A stretch of DNA of 64,000 bases. It comes from Mantamonas sphyraenae STR306. Lineage: Eukaryota; Protista; CRuMs. The translations under genes and the position numbers were made by a program. Positions 48,957 through 61,400 of this stretch are shown here, in pieces. Under the pieces are notes generated by a model that saw only the letters and a list, made by a program, of their open reading frames with translations, searched no databases and was not told the DNA's origin. The number at the start of each line of letters is the position of its first letter. The stretch's first letter is position 1. The stretch covers positions 1-64,000 of the forward strand of contig JAPMXV010000054.1 of the NCBI GenBank assembly GCA_026936335.1, in the 5' to 3' direction.

Positions 48957-50735
48957 ATGAGCAGCACCACCGTCCACGACGAACTCGAGTCGTGCAAGGC
49001 CTTTGTGCAAGACACCCTGGACACGCTGTCGCACACGGGCAATGCCCACCCGCTGCACATCGACGTGCCACGCGAGCGCCACGTCTTTCTGGCACACACG
49101 CAGCGACTGCGCAGCGCCCTCCAGCGCCACCGAAAGGTGCTGGCCAACAGCGGCGCTCTCAACGCCACCGCCGACAAGCAGGCCAAGCGTGCAGAGGAAC
49201 AGAGGTACCTGCACCGCCTGGGGGCCAAGCACGACGCCCAGTTGCGTGCGGAACACCTCTCTGCACAGCTCAGCCGCGCCTGCGACCTCATCCGTCGCCA
49301 CCTGGCAGACGAACACAGCGTGCAGCCCAAAGTGAACATGCACGTCGACGCCGTGCACCTCATTACCTCCCTCAAGACCCTGGCGGCCGATTCCAACACA
49401 GAGTTTTTCCTCGACACCTCCTCCGACGAGTCGGGCCACACGTGCACAGGCACACTTGCCGGCGCCCACTTTGTCCTCGATCTTTCCATCGACGCCCAAC
49501 ACGGCCGCTTGCTGGATGTCAGCACAACCCTCATGGGTGGCGACGCCCAGGAGCTCGATGCCCAATGCGCGCTTGTGCAGGAGCTGTGCAAGCAGCACCT
49601 GGCCGAGCAGCGCTGGGATGCACTGTGCCAACTCGTCAAATCCTGCGAACACATGGGCAAACTCAACACAGACGCGTTCACCAGCAACCAGGTGGACGTG
49701 TACCGAGCCCTGGACACCCTCCTGGAACAGAGCGCCCTCGTCCTCGACCAGAACGTCACCCTGACACGTCACCTCCACACAGTGTCCCTCGTGTACAGCA
49801 CCACAGCCTCCGTTGCCCATTCCCTGGACATGACCATTGCCAAGCCACGAAGTGCGTACAACGCCGACAACGCAGACTCTGGCGCATCTGTTGGAGCCAA
49901 GCGTCCACCAGCAGCCAAGCGAAGCGACAGTGCTGCCAAACGCCAACGCATCGTGCGTCAGACCAGCACCCTGGATGCCCCTCCTGTGCGCAAGCCCACC
50001 ACAGACATTGTCGATTTTCTCCCGCCCCGCTGCGACCTCTGCTTTGAGATTCAGCTGCCCGTGGCCATTCCCCTTTCTGTCCATACCCTGGCCCAACTAT
50101 TTCCGTCTGTAGACGCACAGCTGCCCAGCCCGCAATCCCCGTGGCAGGGCTCTCTCCACCAGCTGCTGAGCCCGTCCTCGCACCAGCCCAAGGCCGCTGC
50201 CTCTCTCATGGGACACTCCCTCTACTTTGAGTTTGTCGGCCTCTTCCACAGCGGAGTCCGTGTGCGTCGTCTCTCCCTCGACACCCTCGTCCAGCTCCCG
50301 GCCATTGTCCTGCTGCTGCGTCGCCAACAGCTCTTTAACACCCTTTTCCAGTCCTGCTTCCTCCATGCAACGCATGACGACGACGAATATTCCATGCAGG
50401 AGTCCTCCTCATCCTCCTCCTCATCCTCATCCTCATCCTCCTGGACCACCCTCGACACGGCTACCACGCACACACTCGAAGTGTCCTCCAGCGACACGGA
50501 CCATCTCGAACTGCTGTTTTTCCACCCGACCCTCGATGCCATTGTGACGCTGGAGGTGACGTTGGTGCAAGACAAGCTGGACTGGCGCATCTCGGCCTCG
50601 CTCAACGGCCCTGGCACCGAACGGCTTGCCTGCAGTGACTCTGCCATCACCAAACTCCTCAGCGCCACGCATTCTGTGCCACACGCCCTTGTGGCCATCT
50701 TGGAGGCACACGTGGGAGCAGCAGAAGATGGCTGA
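48957..50735 (+). CDS. MED1: Mediator complex subunit 1-like
   Basis: MED1-domain-like motifs TLAGAHFVLDLSID..GRLLDV, LLRRQQLFNTLFQSC and SDSAITKLLSATHSVP. Confidence 0.7.
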   Translation: MSSTTVHDELESCKAFVQDTLDTLSHTGNAHPLHIDVPRERHVFLAHTQRLRSALQRHRKVLANSGALNATADKQAKRAEEQRYLHRLGAKHDAQLRAEHLSAQLSRACDLIRRHLADEHSVQPKVNMHVDAVHLITSLKTLAADSNTEFFLDTSSDESGHTCTGTLAGAHFVLDLSIDAQHGRLLDVSTTLMGGDAQELDAQCALVQELCKQHLAEQRWDALCQLVKSCEHMGKLNTDAFTSNQVDVYRALDTLLEQSALVLDQNVTLTRHLHTVSLVYSTTASVAHSLDMTIAKPRSAYNADNADSGASVGAKRPPAAKRSDSAAKRQRIVRQTSTLDAPPVRKPTTDIVDFLPPRCDLCFEIQLPVAIPLSVHTLAQLFPSVDAQLPSPQSPWQGSLHQLLSPSSHQPKAAASLMGHSLYFEFVGLFHSGVRVRRLSLDTLVQLPAIVLLLRRQQLFNTLFQSCFLHATHDDDEYSMQESSSSSSSSSSSSSWTTLDTATTHTLEVSSSDTDHLELLFFHPTLDAIVTLEVTLVQDKLDWRISASLNGPGTERLACSDSAITKLLSATHSVPHALVAILEAHVGAAEDG

Positions 50736-50865
50736 CCACACACATTGATGAAGGTTGGGTTCATTAATCCCACTCTGCATTGCACACTCTTGTCCCACCC
50801 GAATGATCGAGTGTCGCCATCCATCCATCCATCGAAAGTTTGTTTTGTGTTCATGGCTCCACTGG

Positions 50866-51549
50866 TCAGTTGGCCGGGGCCGCGGCACACCGCTCGAAAC
50901 CAAACCCGCAGATACCACCGAGGATGAGGTAGAGGATGACCAGAACGACCAGAGCCAGGACGATGGTCAGTTTGGCATTCTTCCACCACATCATGCGCTG
51001 CACCTCGCCTGCGCGCTTGTTGAACTTGCCCGCCTGGTTGGCAAGGTTGTCCGCCTTGCTGTCCAGGTCCTCAATCTTCTCTCCACGCTCAATAACCTTG
51101 TCTGTGCGAGGCATGGTCGGGTGCAATGGTGTGATGGCAGTGCAGTGTGAGTGTGTGCATGGTGTGTCACACCGCAGCGAGTTTGTGGCGGCCGAGCGAG
51201 TTTGCCGTCCTTTTTTCCGGTGGAGACCCCGCGTTTCGCGTCCCCACACACACGCACGCCACAGGGCGCACACGCACACTCGCCCTCGTCTTGTCCACCT
51301 ACCGATGTTCTGCTGCATGATCTTGGTCGTGGCGTCGACCTCAGAGCGCACTGCGCTCATCTTGTCTGTGGTGCCGCGAATGCCATCAAACTATGAGCGG
51401 AGCGAGGTGTGAGAACGGCGTGTGGGTCAGCGCGCACAGCTCCCAACAACCATGGGGCCACACATGCGCTCCTGTGCAAGACAACTCACGTCTCCATCGC
51501 GACCGTTGTTGCCTCCTCGGTTGTTGTTGTTCCTGCTGCCGTGCGACAT
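50866..51549 (-). CDS. Synaptobrevin/VAMP-type R-SNARE (brevin); introns 51391-51489 and 51102-51302
   Basis: EVDATTKIMQQNIDKVIERGEKIEDLDSKADNL..QAGKF...MWWKN plus C-terminal TM; canonical splice sites. Confidence 0.93.
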
Positions 51550-51619
51550 TTGGCTTGGTGTGTCAGAGTGGGTTGCTTGTGCCAGCGCTTCGCACGCCCC
51601 ACCCACCAACGCATCGAGC

Positions 51620-53619
51620 ATGTTTGCACAGTCGAGCAGCCAGTCTGCACCAATCCCCGAGTTTGCAGAGGGCGCTGTGGGGGTGGACAATGTGATGGGT
51701 GTGGGCGAGAGCGTGGGGGACGCAGCAAACGCAGCCGCAGCCGCAGCCTCGGGCGCAGGAGCCGATGCAGAGGGAGACGACTCGCAGACATCCATGCACA
51801 AGCGTCTGTCACGTACCCGCGTGCGTGTGGACCGTGTTTTTGTGTCCGGAAACACAAACACCCACCTCTCGGTCTTCCGAAGGGCCATGATGAACGACGA
51901 CATCTTCAACCGCACCCTGACCCTGGAGGAGCTCACAGACACGTTGTATGCACGCCAGCAGGTGAGTGGTTCTCATTGTGTGCGGGCTGTGGCGCAAAGA
52001 AAACGGCGAGAGCATGGGCGCTGCGGACAGGGACAACCACCGCAGCGCACCCAGTGGTGAAATTGCAGCGCCGGAGCGTAAGCTGACACGGACGCGCGCA
52101 TGCACGATGCACGCACGCATGGCACCGCAAACACACAGCAATTGCACAAGCTGGGCATCTTTGACCGCATCAGCTTCTACGTGAGCAACGACGATTTGCA
52201 GGGTGCCGAGAAGGACGGAAAGATCAACGTGCAGCTCGCGGTGCAAGAGGGCAGCGCACGCCGTCTGCAGTTCTTTACAGGCATCGACGGCAACATGGAG
52301 CAGACCCTGGTGAGTTTGTGATGCCATGCCCTGCTTCCGCCGCACTCGTTCCCGTTGTACCCGCCTCTGTGCCTTCTGCAGGTGCGGTTTGCAGAGAGGG
52401 TTGACAACTCGCTGCCGCCGTTGCCATGCTGCTGCTGCCGCCTCCGCCGCCGCCCAAACTAATCCCGTACGCACCCCCGGCCCACAGAACTTTTCGGCCC
52501 TGTTCAAGAACGTGCGTGGCAAGGCAGAGTCGTTTGATGTGAGCATGGGCATGGGCCACAAGCGGTCGAGCACCTTTGCGGCGCGCTACACCATCCCGCA
52601 GCTGGAGAACCCGGACCAGCGCGTGTACCTGAGTGCCTTTCGCACACGCACAGACCGCATGGAGGTCTGTCGCTTTGTGCAGTACAGGACAGGGACGGCT
52701 GTGGGCATCAGCACCGTCCTCAACGGCAACCAGGACCACAATCTCGAATACCGCGCCGCCATCCACGAGTACGACGAGACCAAGTTGCACCGAGCGCCCC
52801 AAGCGTGAGTTTTGAGTCGAAGCAACTGTACACACCCAGTGGACAGGAACGAGTGCCTCCGGGGTACCAGAGAGAGAGCCATCATGGGTGGAGTAGCCCC
52901 TAGCCCCTTCACACACTCACACACACACATCCTCTGACAGCATTCGGGACGAGGCCATGCCGGTTGTCATTTCGCGCTTGCAGCACACAATGGTGATTGA
53001 TGAGCGCGACGACGGGATGCTGCCGCAGGAGGGATCGGTGCTGCGTGCACGCACGTCACTGGGCCTGTTTGGCGACGTCCACGCGTTGAAGGGGGAGCTG
53101 GAACAGCAGGGCAACTGGGCCCTGGGCAAGGGTGTTTCCTTCCAAGCCTCCTACGAGATGGGACTGGTCATGCGTGCCTGGGGCGAGCGCAACCCGATTG
53201 CCGCCGATCGGCTGTACCTCGGCGGCGCAAACTCCCTTCCGGGCTTCCATGCCAGCAGTGTGGGTCCCCGCAGCGAACGGGGCGTGCCCCTGGGAGGTGG
53301 TTTCAAGGCTCAGGGCAAGGTCGCAGTCACGTTTCCCTCCCCCTTTGACGCCGTGCGCTTTTCCGTGTTTGGTGTGGCCGGCAACTGCCTGGCCCTCTCC
53401 CCGAGCAAACACCACAGTGCCCACTTTGTGCCGGGTCTGGACAACACAGCCACCAACGCACGCAAATTTGTCCAAACCGCACGTGCCGCCGTCGGTGCCT
53501 CTGTCATCATCAAGACTCCGCTGGGCCGCGTCGAGCTCATGCTCGTCCAGCCCGTCAAGACCCAAACCGGCGACAGGTTGCACCACTACCATCTGACCCT
53601 GGGCATGGACCTGTTGTGA
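51620..53619 (+). CDS. SAM50: Mitochondrial Omp85-family protein Sam50; introns 51962-52138, 52310-52487, 52805-52940
   Basis: POTRA-like RVDRVFVSGNTNT, LHKLGIFD, DERDDGMLPQEG, DRLYLGGANSLPGF..VGPR, TPLGRVEL, C-terminal beta-signal. Confidence 0.88.
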
Positions 53620-53665
53620 GACCCTGAATCCATTTCCATTCGCTACGCTACGCCACTCCTCACCC

Positions 53666-55772
53666 CTACGCGTCTTGCGCCGCCAGGGCCGCTGCTCGTG
53701 CGCGGTTGCCCGCATTCACCGCGCGTGCCTGGTACTGGACACTGCGCTCCTCGTTGCCCATCTTAAAGTAGGCGTTGCCCATGTGATGATAGGCGTCGGC
53801 CTCTGCGTCGAGATCCTTGAGAATGACGGCGCTGTCTGCATACTGGTCCATAAAGTGGACCACCTTGTCCCACTCCTCCAGACCCTGGTAGGCCATGCCT
53901 GTGATGTAGTAAGCCTTCATGGCGGTGGCCAGATCCTTGGCCTCGTGCGGCGATTCGCTCACCAGCGCCTCCTGGTATTTGATTGCCTTGCTGTACTGCT
54001 CGCTCTGCAGCAAGCAATAGCCAATGTCCGTGTGAAGTTGGCCCAGTTCCTCGTCTGTGGCCAGCCGCAGCTTCTTTTCCCACATGGTCATGGCCTGCTC
54101 AAACTCGCCCAGCTCCATGTAGGTGCGTCCCAGGTTGCCCAGCGCACGCACGTACGCATCCTTGTAGTTGTACTCCATGGCAATGTCCAGATCCTTCTTG
54201 TGGTGGATGGCCGCCAGCGTGGGTTTGTTCAGCTTCAGGTAGGCATTGCCCATGCTGCAGTACAGATCGCTGAGGATGCGTGCCTTGTCGCTCAGCTGCA
54301 GGCTGTTCAGGCGTGTGAGGAAGCTCTTGGCAAAGCGCAGACCCAGTTCGGGGTCTCCCCACGCCAGGGCTGTGTTGATGCTGTCCAGCGAGTGGATGGC
54401 AAACTTGGTTTCCTCCAAGTACTTGTCTCGGTTGACGTTGGCCAAGTGCAGTGTCTTTTTCTTGCTCCTGCGCTTCTTGGTCTTCTTTCCAGCCCGTGTT
54501 GTGCCTGCACTGACTCCGCGTGCCAGGGATGATGATGATGATGACGACGACGACGACGACGACGACGAGTTGGCCGCCGCCGCCGCCGCTGCATTGCGTG
54601 CGGTGTTGCCTGCTGTGCTTGCACCCACGCTGGTGCCTTTGTATGTGCTGACTGCCTGTGGCTTGGGTGCAAACGTGCTTCGTTGTTGCCTCCAAAACTC
54701 GGTGCGTGTTTCCAGGTACTGCAGGCTGTTGTTCAGCGTGCCCATCACGTCGTCCAAGTCCTGCAGCGTGTTGTCCTGCTTCAGATTCTCCAGAAACTCC
54801 AAGTCGCTCATCAGCTCGCCCAGCAGCTGTTTGTTCTTCCTGCTGCGTCCTCGCGTCGACGACTTGGCCGTGCTCACGCTCGCATTGTCGTCGTCCCTCT
54901 CGCTGTACTCGGTCAGCGTACTTGCCGTGTCATCCGGCACAAACTGGCTGTTGCGTGACGCCGTCCCTGCTGACCGGGAGCTGGACATGCTGCGCTGCGT
55001 TGCATGCGAGCTTGTGCGGCCAATCCCTGCGCCGTGGCCTCCGCCTCCTCCCGACCCGCTGGCCTCTCCGTACGTCCCCTGCACGAGAGGCATCACCGTC
55101 TCCTGGTCCAGTGTACGGCTGGCTTCGTTGAGGCGGTCCAGATCCTTCTGGTCGATGCTCTCCTCAATGGCCTGCTCGCACTTTTGGATGCCCAAGCGGA
55201 AGCCCTTGATGTCCTTGCGTTCCTTGTGTCCGCGGTGGTAGTAGATCAGCGCAAACTCAAACTCGCCCATGGTAAAGAGAATCTCGCCCTTTTCGAGCAG
55301 CGCCTGTAGGGGGGATGGGCGGGGTGAGGGGTGAGCGCGGGACGGGTATGAAGCGCGAGCCAAGAAGGAAATCGGGCGGTTGGCCAACGGTCACACACGA
55401 GAGCCCCAGGCAAAAGGCCACACAACTCACCCGATAATACTTGGGATCGATATCCAAAACGGCGTCTGCATCGTCGAGGGCCTTGCGTGCCTGCCCTGTG
55501 TTCTTGTAGCACTTGGCCCGGTTGATAAGGGCTGCTTTGTAGCCGGCTTCTTCGTCGCGTCGTGCGTTGATGGACAGCGCACGCGAGTAAATGCCCACTG
55601 CGCGCTCGTACTGGCCCTTTTGCACCAGTGAGTCGGCTTCGGAGGTGAGATTGAGAAACTGCGACACCTTGGCACTGCGCACAGGCTTATGCACAGTCAC
55701 CTCCACCTGCTGGGGCGCAGAAAAGCCTCCCAGCAGCTGGTCGGAGCTTCCCTCACTCGCTGAATCGTCCAT
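53666..55772 (-). CDS. TTC25: Outer dynein arm docking complex TPR protein TTC25/ODAD4; intron 55304-55430
   Basis: LFTMGEFEFALIYYHRG...FRLGIQKCEQAI, LLGELMSDLEFLE, YLETRTEFWRQQ, RALGNLGRTY. Confidence 0.9.
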
Positions 55773-56084
55773 CTGAGGGTGAGGAGAGCGAGGGGGAGTG
55801 TGAGTGAGGATGGAGAGTGATCAGTGGCGAGGCTTGCAGAGCACAGGCGGGTGATTGGGTATGTGTGCACTCACAGAGTCGCAGTGAGAGAAAAAGTTTT
55901 GCGGAGCCAGCGGCAGCTGCGCCGGCACCGTGAGTCATGCGGTGAAGGGGGAAGCTGAAAACCAAGTCATGGAAGGAGAGCTCCTTTTGCTTTTGGAACA
56001 GGCATTGGACCGGAATTTGACTGCGCTGTTGGCTCTGGTTTTTCTCCCCCTCCATCTCACCCACTCGAATCAAAACCGACCACG

Positions 56085-56770
56085 ATGCGGGAACTAATCA
56101 CGCTGCAACTTGGCCACTACGCAAACCATGTGGGCGCACACTATTGGAACCTGCAGGACGAGCAGCTGGGAATGGTGGATCCGGAGAACCCGCAGGCATT
56201 CGAGATCAACGACACGCTGGTGTACCGGTCGGGAGTCAACGCACAAGGACAGGGCACATACACGCCACGCATGGTTTTGTTTGACCTGAAGGGTGCGCTG
56301 GGCGCTATGCCCCTGTCTGGGTACGCATACCGGTCGGCTAGCGGCGGCGGTGCAGAAGAGGCACCCAAAGTGGCACGAGAGACGTGGGGCGGAGAGGTGC
56401 AAGCCATCCATCAGCAAGGGGCAAAGAAGAACGACTTTCTGGTGGCTTTGGACCAGCTGGAGGCATACGACGCATTCCAGGCGAAGAAGCAGGCGAAGGA
56501 GGCGCAGCGCAATCGCGGATACCTGGTGAAACACGAGGACGAAGAGGAGGAGGAAGAGGCGTATGGAGGGTATTACGATGAGGACGGGGAGGAGGATATG
56601 TTTGAAAGCGAGCAGGATCGGCTGGAGTGGGAACGGGGCCAGGCGATCATGCGCCAGGCCTTGGATTCGGACGCCGACGCCACCCACACGCAGTCGCTCC
56701 TGGCACAGATGTACATGCAGATGAAACAGGAAGCGGAAGCGCGTGAGGAGGCGGCAGCGAGTTACGGAGC

Positions 56771-56802
<32 letters not shown>

Positions 56803-58295
56803 CAGAGGCGGTCGGGGAGCAGGAGGAAGAGATGGCCGCTCCGGAAATCCCCGCTGAATTCCACCTGGACGACCAGGTGAACACGTGGACCGACTACCTG
56901 AAGGCAAACCTTCATCCAAAGTCACTGAACACGCTGGAAGACTACAGCGCGGACGGAGGGGAGTTTACGGTGTGGTCGCAGGGGGCAGATGCGCTGGCCA
57001 AGGAAGGCGTGCGGGAGGAGTACTTTGACAGGGTGCGCTTCTTTGCGGAAGAGTGCGACCGCGTGCAGGGCTTTCAATTGCTGATGGACATGGACAGCGG
57101 GTTTGGATCGATGGGAGCCAAGGTGGGCGAACATGTGCGTGAGGAGTACGGGAGCCGATCGGTGTTGACGATGGGCTGCATGGCCCAGCTGGACTGGAAG
57201 CGAGGCAGCAGCAGCAGCAGCAGTGGAACTGGCACTGGAGGCGAAGGGGCTTCGGTGCGCTATGCAAGCCAGAGGGTGGTCAACACTGTTTTGTCGCTGT
57301 CTGCGATGCTGGACGACCTGACCGACCTGTTTGTGCCCATCAATGCGGGTGCGTGGGACGTAAACCAGCAAGCTCACATGCGCATGCGTCCAGAGTTGGC
57401 GTACCACACGGCCGCTGTGGCTGCGCAGGCGTTTGACAACGCCACGCTGTGCTACCGGGTCCGTGGCGGACAAGGAGTGTCCCTGGAGCATGTTGTGGGT
57501 GCCCACAGTCCACACCGATCCATGCGAGTGAGCACACTGAGCACCGTGCTGCCTCTGGCGGTGCCCACGCTGGATGCGACGGGTCTGGCACACTGGGCCA
57601 ACTCGATGAACCTGCCGCTGTACCAGCATCAGCACAGCCTCAACCTGAGCTACAACCCACTGCGTTACGCCACCCAGAGTCGCATGGATGGGCCCTTTTC
57701 CTATTCGGCGCTGGACATTGCACGCATGGCGCAGGCCGGAGAAATCTGGCGTCCTCCGTTTGCCGAAACCACCGCGTTGCGCGGCCTGGACCGAGGCTCC
57801 CTCACAGCCAAGGGGGCCTCTGTGGCCGAGACGCTGGACGAGGTACGTGTGCGTGCGCCTGTGCCCAGCACGGCGCAGTATGTGCACGCTGCGCCCCTGC
57901 GGCTGCCTGTGTCCTACCCCAACTTTTTCCTGCCCACTGTGGGAGAGGACGGCACAGTGTGCGACGCGTTGGACGTGCCGGTGGCCGACTGGTTTGAACG
58001 CAGCACGGGCGAGTCGTCGGCAAGTGTGGTGATGACGCAGGACGAGTTTGCAGAGCTGGAGGCGGCCAAGCGACGGGCCATGGCCAAGCTCAAGGGGGTG
58101 CCCAGTGTGGCCACGCTGTCTGTGCTCAGCACGGCCAGCGAGACGGGCGACTGGTTGCGTGAGACTCTGGAGCAGGCGGCCAAGGTGCGTTTGCGCGACC
58201 ACCAAATCGACGACAAGCTGGATGTGGACGAGGAGGAGTGGGAAGAGGCCATTGAGGAGTTGTGGAATGTTGTGGATGCGTACGGAGGGGAGTGA
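56085..58295 (+). CDS. MSTO1: Misato/DML1 tubulin-like protein
   Basis: MRELITLQLGHYANHVGAHYWNLQD, TYTPRMVLFDLKGALG, WTDYLKANLHPKS, RFFAEECDRVQGFQ. Confidence 0.96.
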
Positions 58296-58415
58296 GGGAG
58301 AGAGCATTGGGATGGGAGGTGGTGGGTACGGAGGGGTGAGGGAGAGAGAGAGAGCATTGGGATGGCAGAAATTGAATTGAAAACAACAACAAATGGCAGA
58401 CTTTTGTCCGAGTGT

Positions 58416-61400
58416 TCACTGCTTCTCAGGATCACCACTCTCGCTGTTGGTGCGCATGAGGGCAGGTTCGGTGCCCAGCTGCTCCATGGCCAAGACGCGG
58501 CCCTTGTCCTGGCTATACTCCAGTGCAGGCTCGACGCCTCCGGCTCGGCTGTGCGCGTCGCCCTGGCGCACCCCCTGGTCGCGTGTGGTCTTGTCGAGGT
58601 AGCTTTCAGACTCGTGCGGGTGCTGGGGTCCAAGGGCGCTGGCAGCGGTGGTGATGGCGCCCTTGATGTCCTCTCGCTTCTGGTATAGCTTGACGGAGCG
58701 CTTGCCAAACATCCACACGAGGAACCCGGAGAGGAGGGCGATGTGGAGGCCGATGAGGAGCCAGCCAAAGGTGGGTTCGGTCTGGGAATTGTCTTCCAGC
58801 TCCTTCGGGGCGGCCTTGAGCACGAGACCGATAAAGAGGGTGAGAAAGATGACGAGGAGGGAGTTTGTCTGCAGGATCATGTCGCTGCGGTGGCGGTAGG
58901 GACGCACGTGGACGTGAACGAGGAGGAAGAAGAGACCGAGGAGGCAGCCGACAATGAGCTGGGTGACAGAGCCACGCGCGACGACGACCATGAGGGCGGT
59001 GACCATGATGCGGCGGCACAGTTCCACCACCTCCCAGTAATACACTCGCTCGTGGACATTCTGGTAGAGAAAGCCCAGGCGGCGGAGGACGGTGGGCTCG
59101 TGGAGGTTCTCGCGCTGGCGGTACAGCAGCCAAAGGACGGTGGCAGGCACCATGATGGGATAAATGAGGATCATGAGGAGGACAAAGGGCAGAAAGTTGG
59201 CGTACTCCTCGGAGCTGGCGTCGCATCGCAGGCGGTAGTCGGCCTCCATGTACGCGAGGCCCGGACGCAGCTCGCGACACTTGAAGTACTCTGTCATCTT
59301 GACCGACACGGCTGGGAAGCAGATGATCATGATCATGATGGCAGCCCGGAGGCACGAGTTGCGAAAGTCGTCGATTTCCAGGGCGGTCCATGCGTGCGCG
59401 TTTGCGAAATACAACAAGGAGAAAGACGAGGCCCAGGATGGCCAAGAGGCCCAAGGGCACCAGGGCCACAATGGTGGCGCTGGTGTAGTATGTAAATGCC
59501 TGTGGGCCGAGACAGTCGAGGGAGGAAAACTGGACAAAGTCGAGGTTGGCAAAGTGGAGGTAGGTGGTAAAGGTGGCAAAGACCTGCGGCCACGGTGCGG
59601 CGTAGGTGTCCACCGAGAGGGAAGAGACCTGGAGAAAGGCCAGGAGGATGCGAAACTTGCCGATGGTGGCACGTGGCTTCTTGTTGAGGAGGATGTAGGC
59701 GACAAAGGCGGCGAGGAGGAGGGCTGCGAGGAGGAGGAGAACGATGGAGTAGGCGAGATCGGGGCAGCGGGAGCAGGCATTGAAGGTTTCGTAGTAGCCC
59801 TGGGCACAGACGGCACACAGGACGCCCGAGTAGCCCGGGAGACAGGTGGTTGTGTTTGTGCCGCCCAGGCACGACTCCTTGGGACAGGCGTACACTTGCT
59901 GCTGGTGGGCCTCGTCGAGGCGCCAGAAGCCAGGGTTGACACGCACGTCTGCGCCGCCGCTGACACAGGTGGTGCCTGTGGGACAGGGAAGGCACTCGCC
60001 CGTGTCTGCGTCTCGCGCGGTGCCCAGGTTGCACCTGCACTCGTCGCGGACGGTGGATTGCAAGCGTGTGCCCGTGTTTGTGTTTGCCGGGCAGGGTGTG
60101 CATGGCTGGTTGCCTGCGGTGGCCTTGTAGGTGTTCTGGGCACAAGGCTGGCAATCTGGACGAGTCTGTGTGGGGGAGGACTGTCCGCCGCTGCCTCCGC
60201 CGCCTGTGCTGCCCCGGTGGTTGTTCCAAAGCCAGGATCGCAGGTGCACAGCGTGCGGTTTGCGTTTGCGCGTGCGCCTTCGCCGCAGCCGAGACACTGT
60301 TCTGCGCCGGCCACAGGTGCAATGAGGCCCTGGGCGCAGGGTTGGCACACGCCTGTGCCTACGGTGGGGGCGTGTGTGCCCGGCGGGCAATCGAGACAGG
60401 CGGTTGCGTTTGCAGGTGCGTACTCGCCCACGCCACAGGCGATGCAGGCGGTGGCGCCGTCCAAGGGAGTCACCGTGCCGGCGGGACACGGGCTGCAGGC
60501 TGTGGCTTCGGTGCGGTCGCTGTAGGAGCCTGCGGGGCAGCGACGGCAGGTGCGCGTGGCGGCGTGCAGATATTCGCCCGGTTGGCAGCCGGTGCAGGCG
60601 ACGGCGCCGGTGGAGGCGGTGCGCAGACCGGCGGCACAGGGGAGACATTGGGAGGCGCCAGGAGAGGGTTGAAAGGTGTGCTGGGGACAGGGGACACAGG
60701 AGTTGCTGGCAGCGGTGGGTGCATAGGTGCCGGGGAGGCAAGCGACACAGGTGCTGAGACCCGTGGTGGGAGCCACTGTGCCTGGAGCACAGGCAAGACA
60801 CCATTGGGAGGAGGTGCGGCCTGCCAGGGTGCCGTACGTGCCTGCGGGACAGCCGTGGCATTGGGTGGAGCCGCGTTCACGCTTGCTGTAGGCACCCGGT
60901 GGACACAGGGTGCACTCTGCGCCGCCTGTGCCCAGGGGACAGGCGTTGATGGCGACGGGGGCGGCGGCGTGGAGTTCGCCCGGGCTGATGCCGACTGCGT
61001 TGAAGCCCGTGCCGAGCTGGCCGTGGCCGTTGGTGCCCCAGGAGCGCAGGAGACCGCCATCGAGGTGCATGACACAGTAGCCCGTGAGAGAGTCGGCACA
61101 GACGAGGTCGCGTGGGGGCTGGTTGAACTGCAACAGAGGCAGGGAGTCGCCCATGGACGATGGAGAGTCACCGCGGCTGACGTCGTCGCCAAGGCCCAGC
61201 TCGCCGTTGTGGTTGGAGCCCCAGCATTTGATGGCAGCGTTTGTGAGCAGGACACAAAAGTGACCTGCGGCACCCACGAGCTTGGCAATGGGCGCGGGCA
61301 GGTGACCGAGGTCGATGGCGGTCAGGTTGCTGCCGAGGTGGTTGGGATGGACGCCCCAGTACACGTTTGCAGGCAAGCCGCGGCCTGTTTGTGGGCTGCG

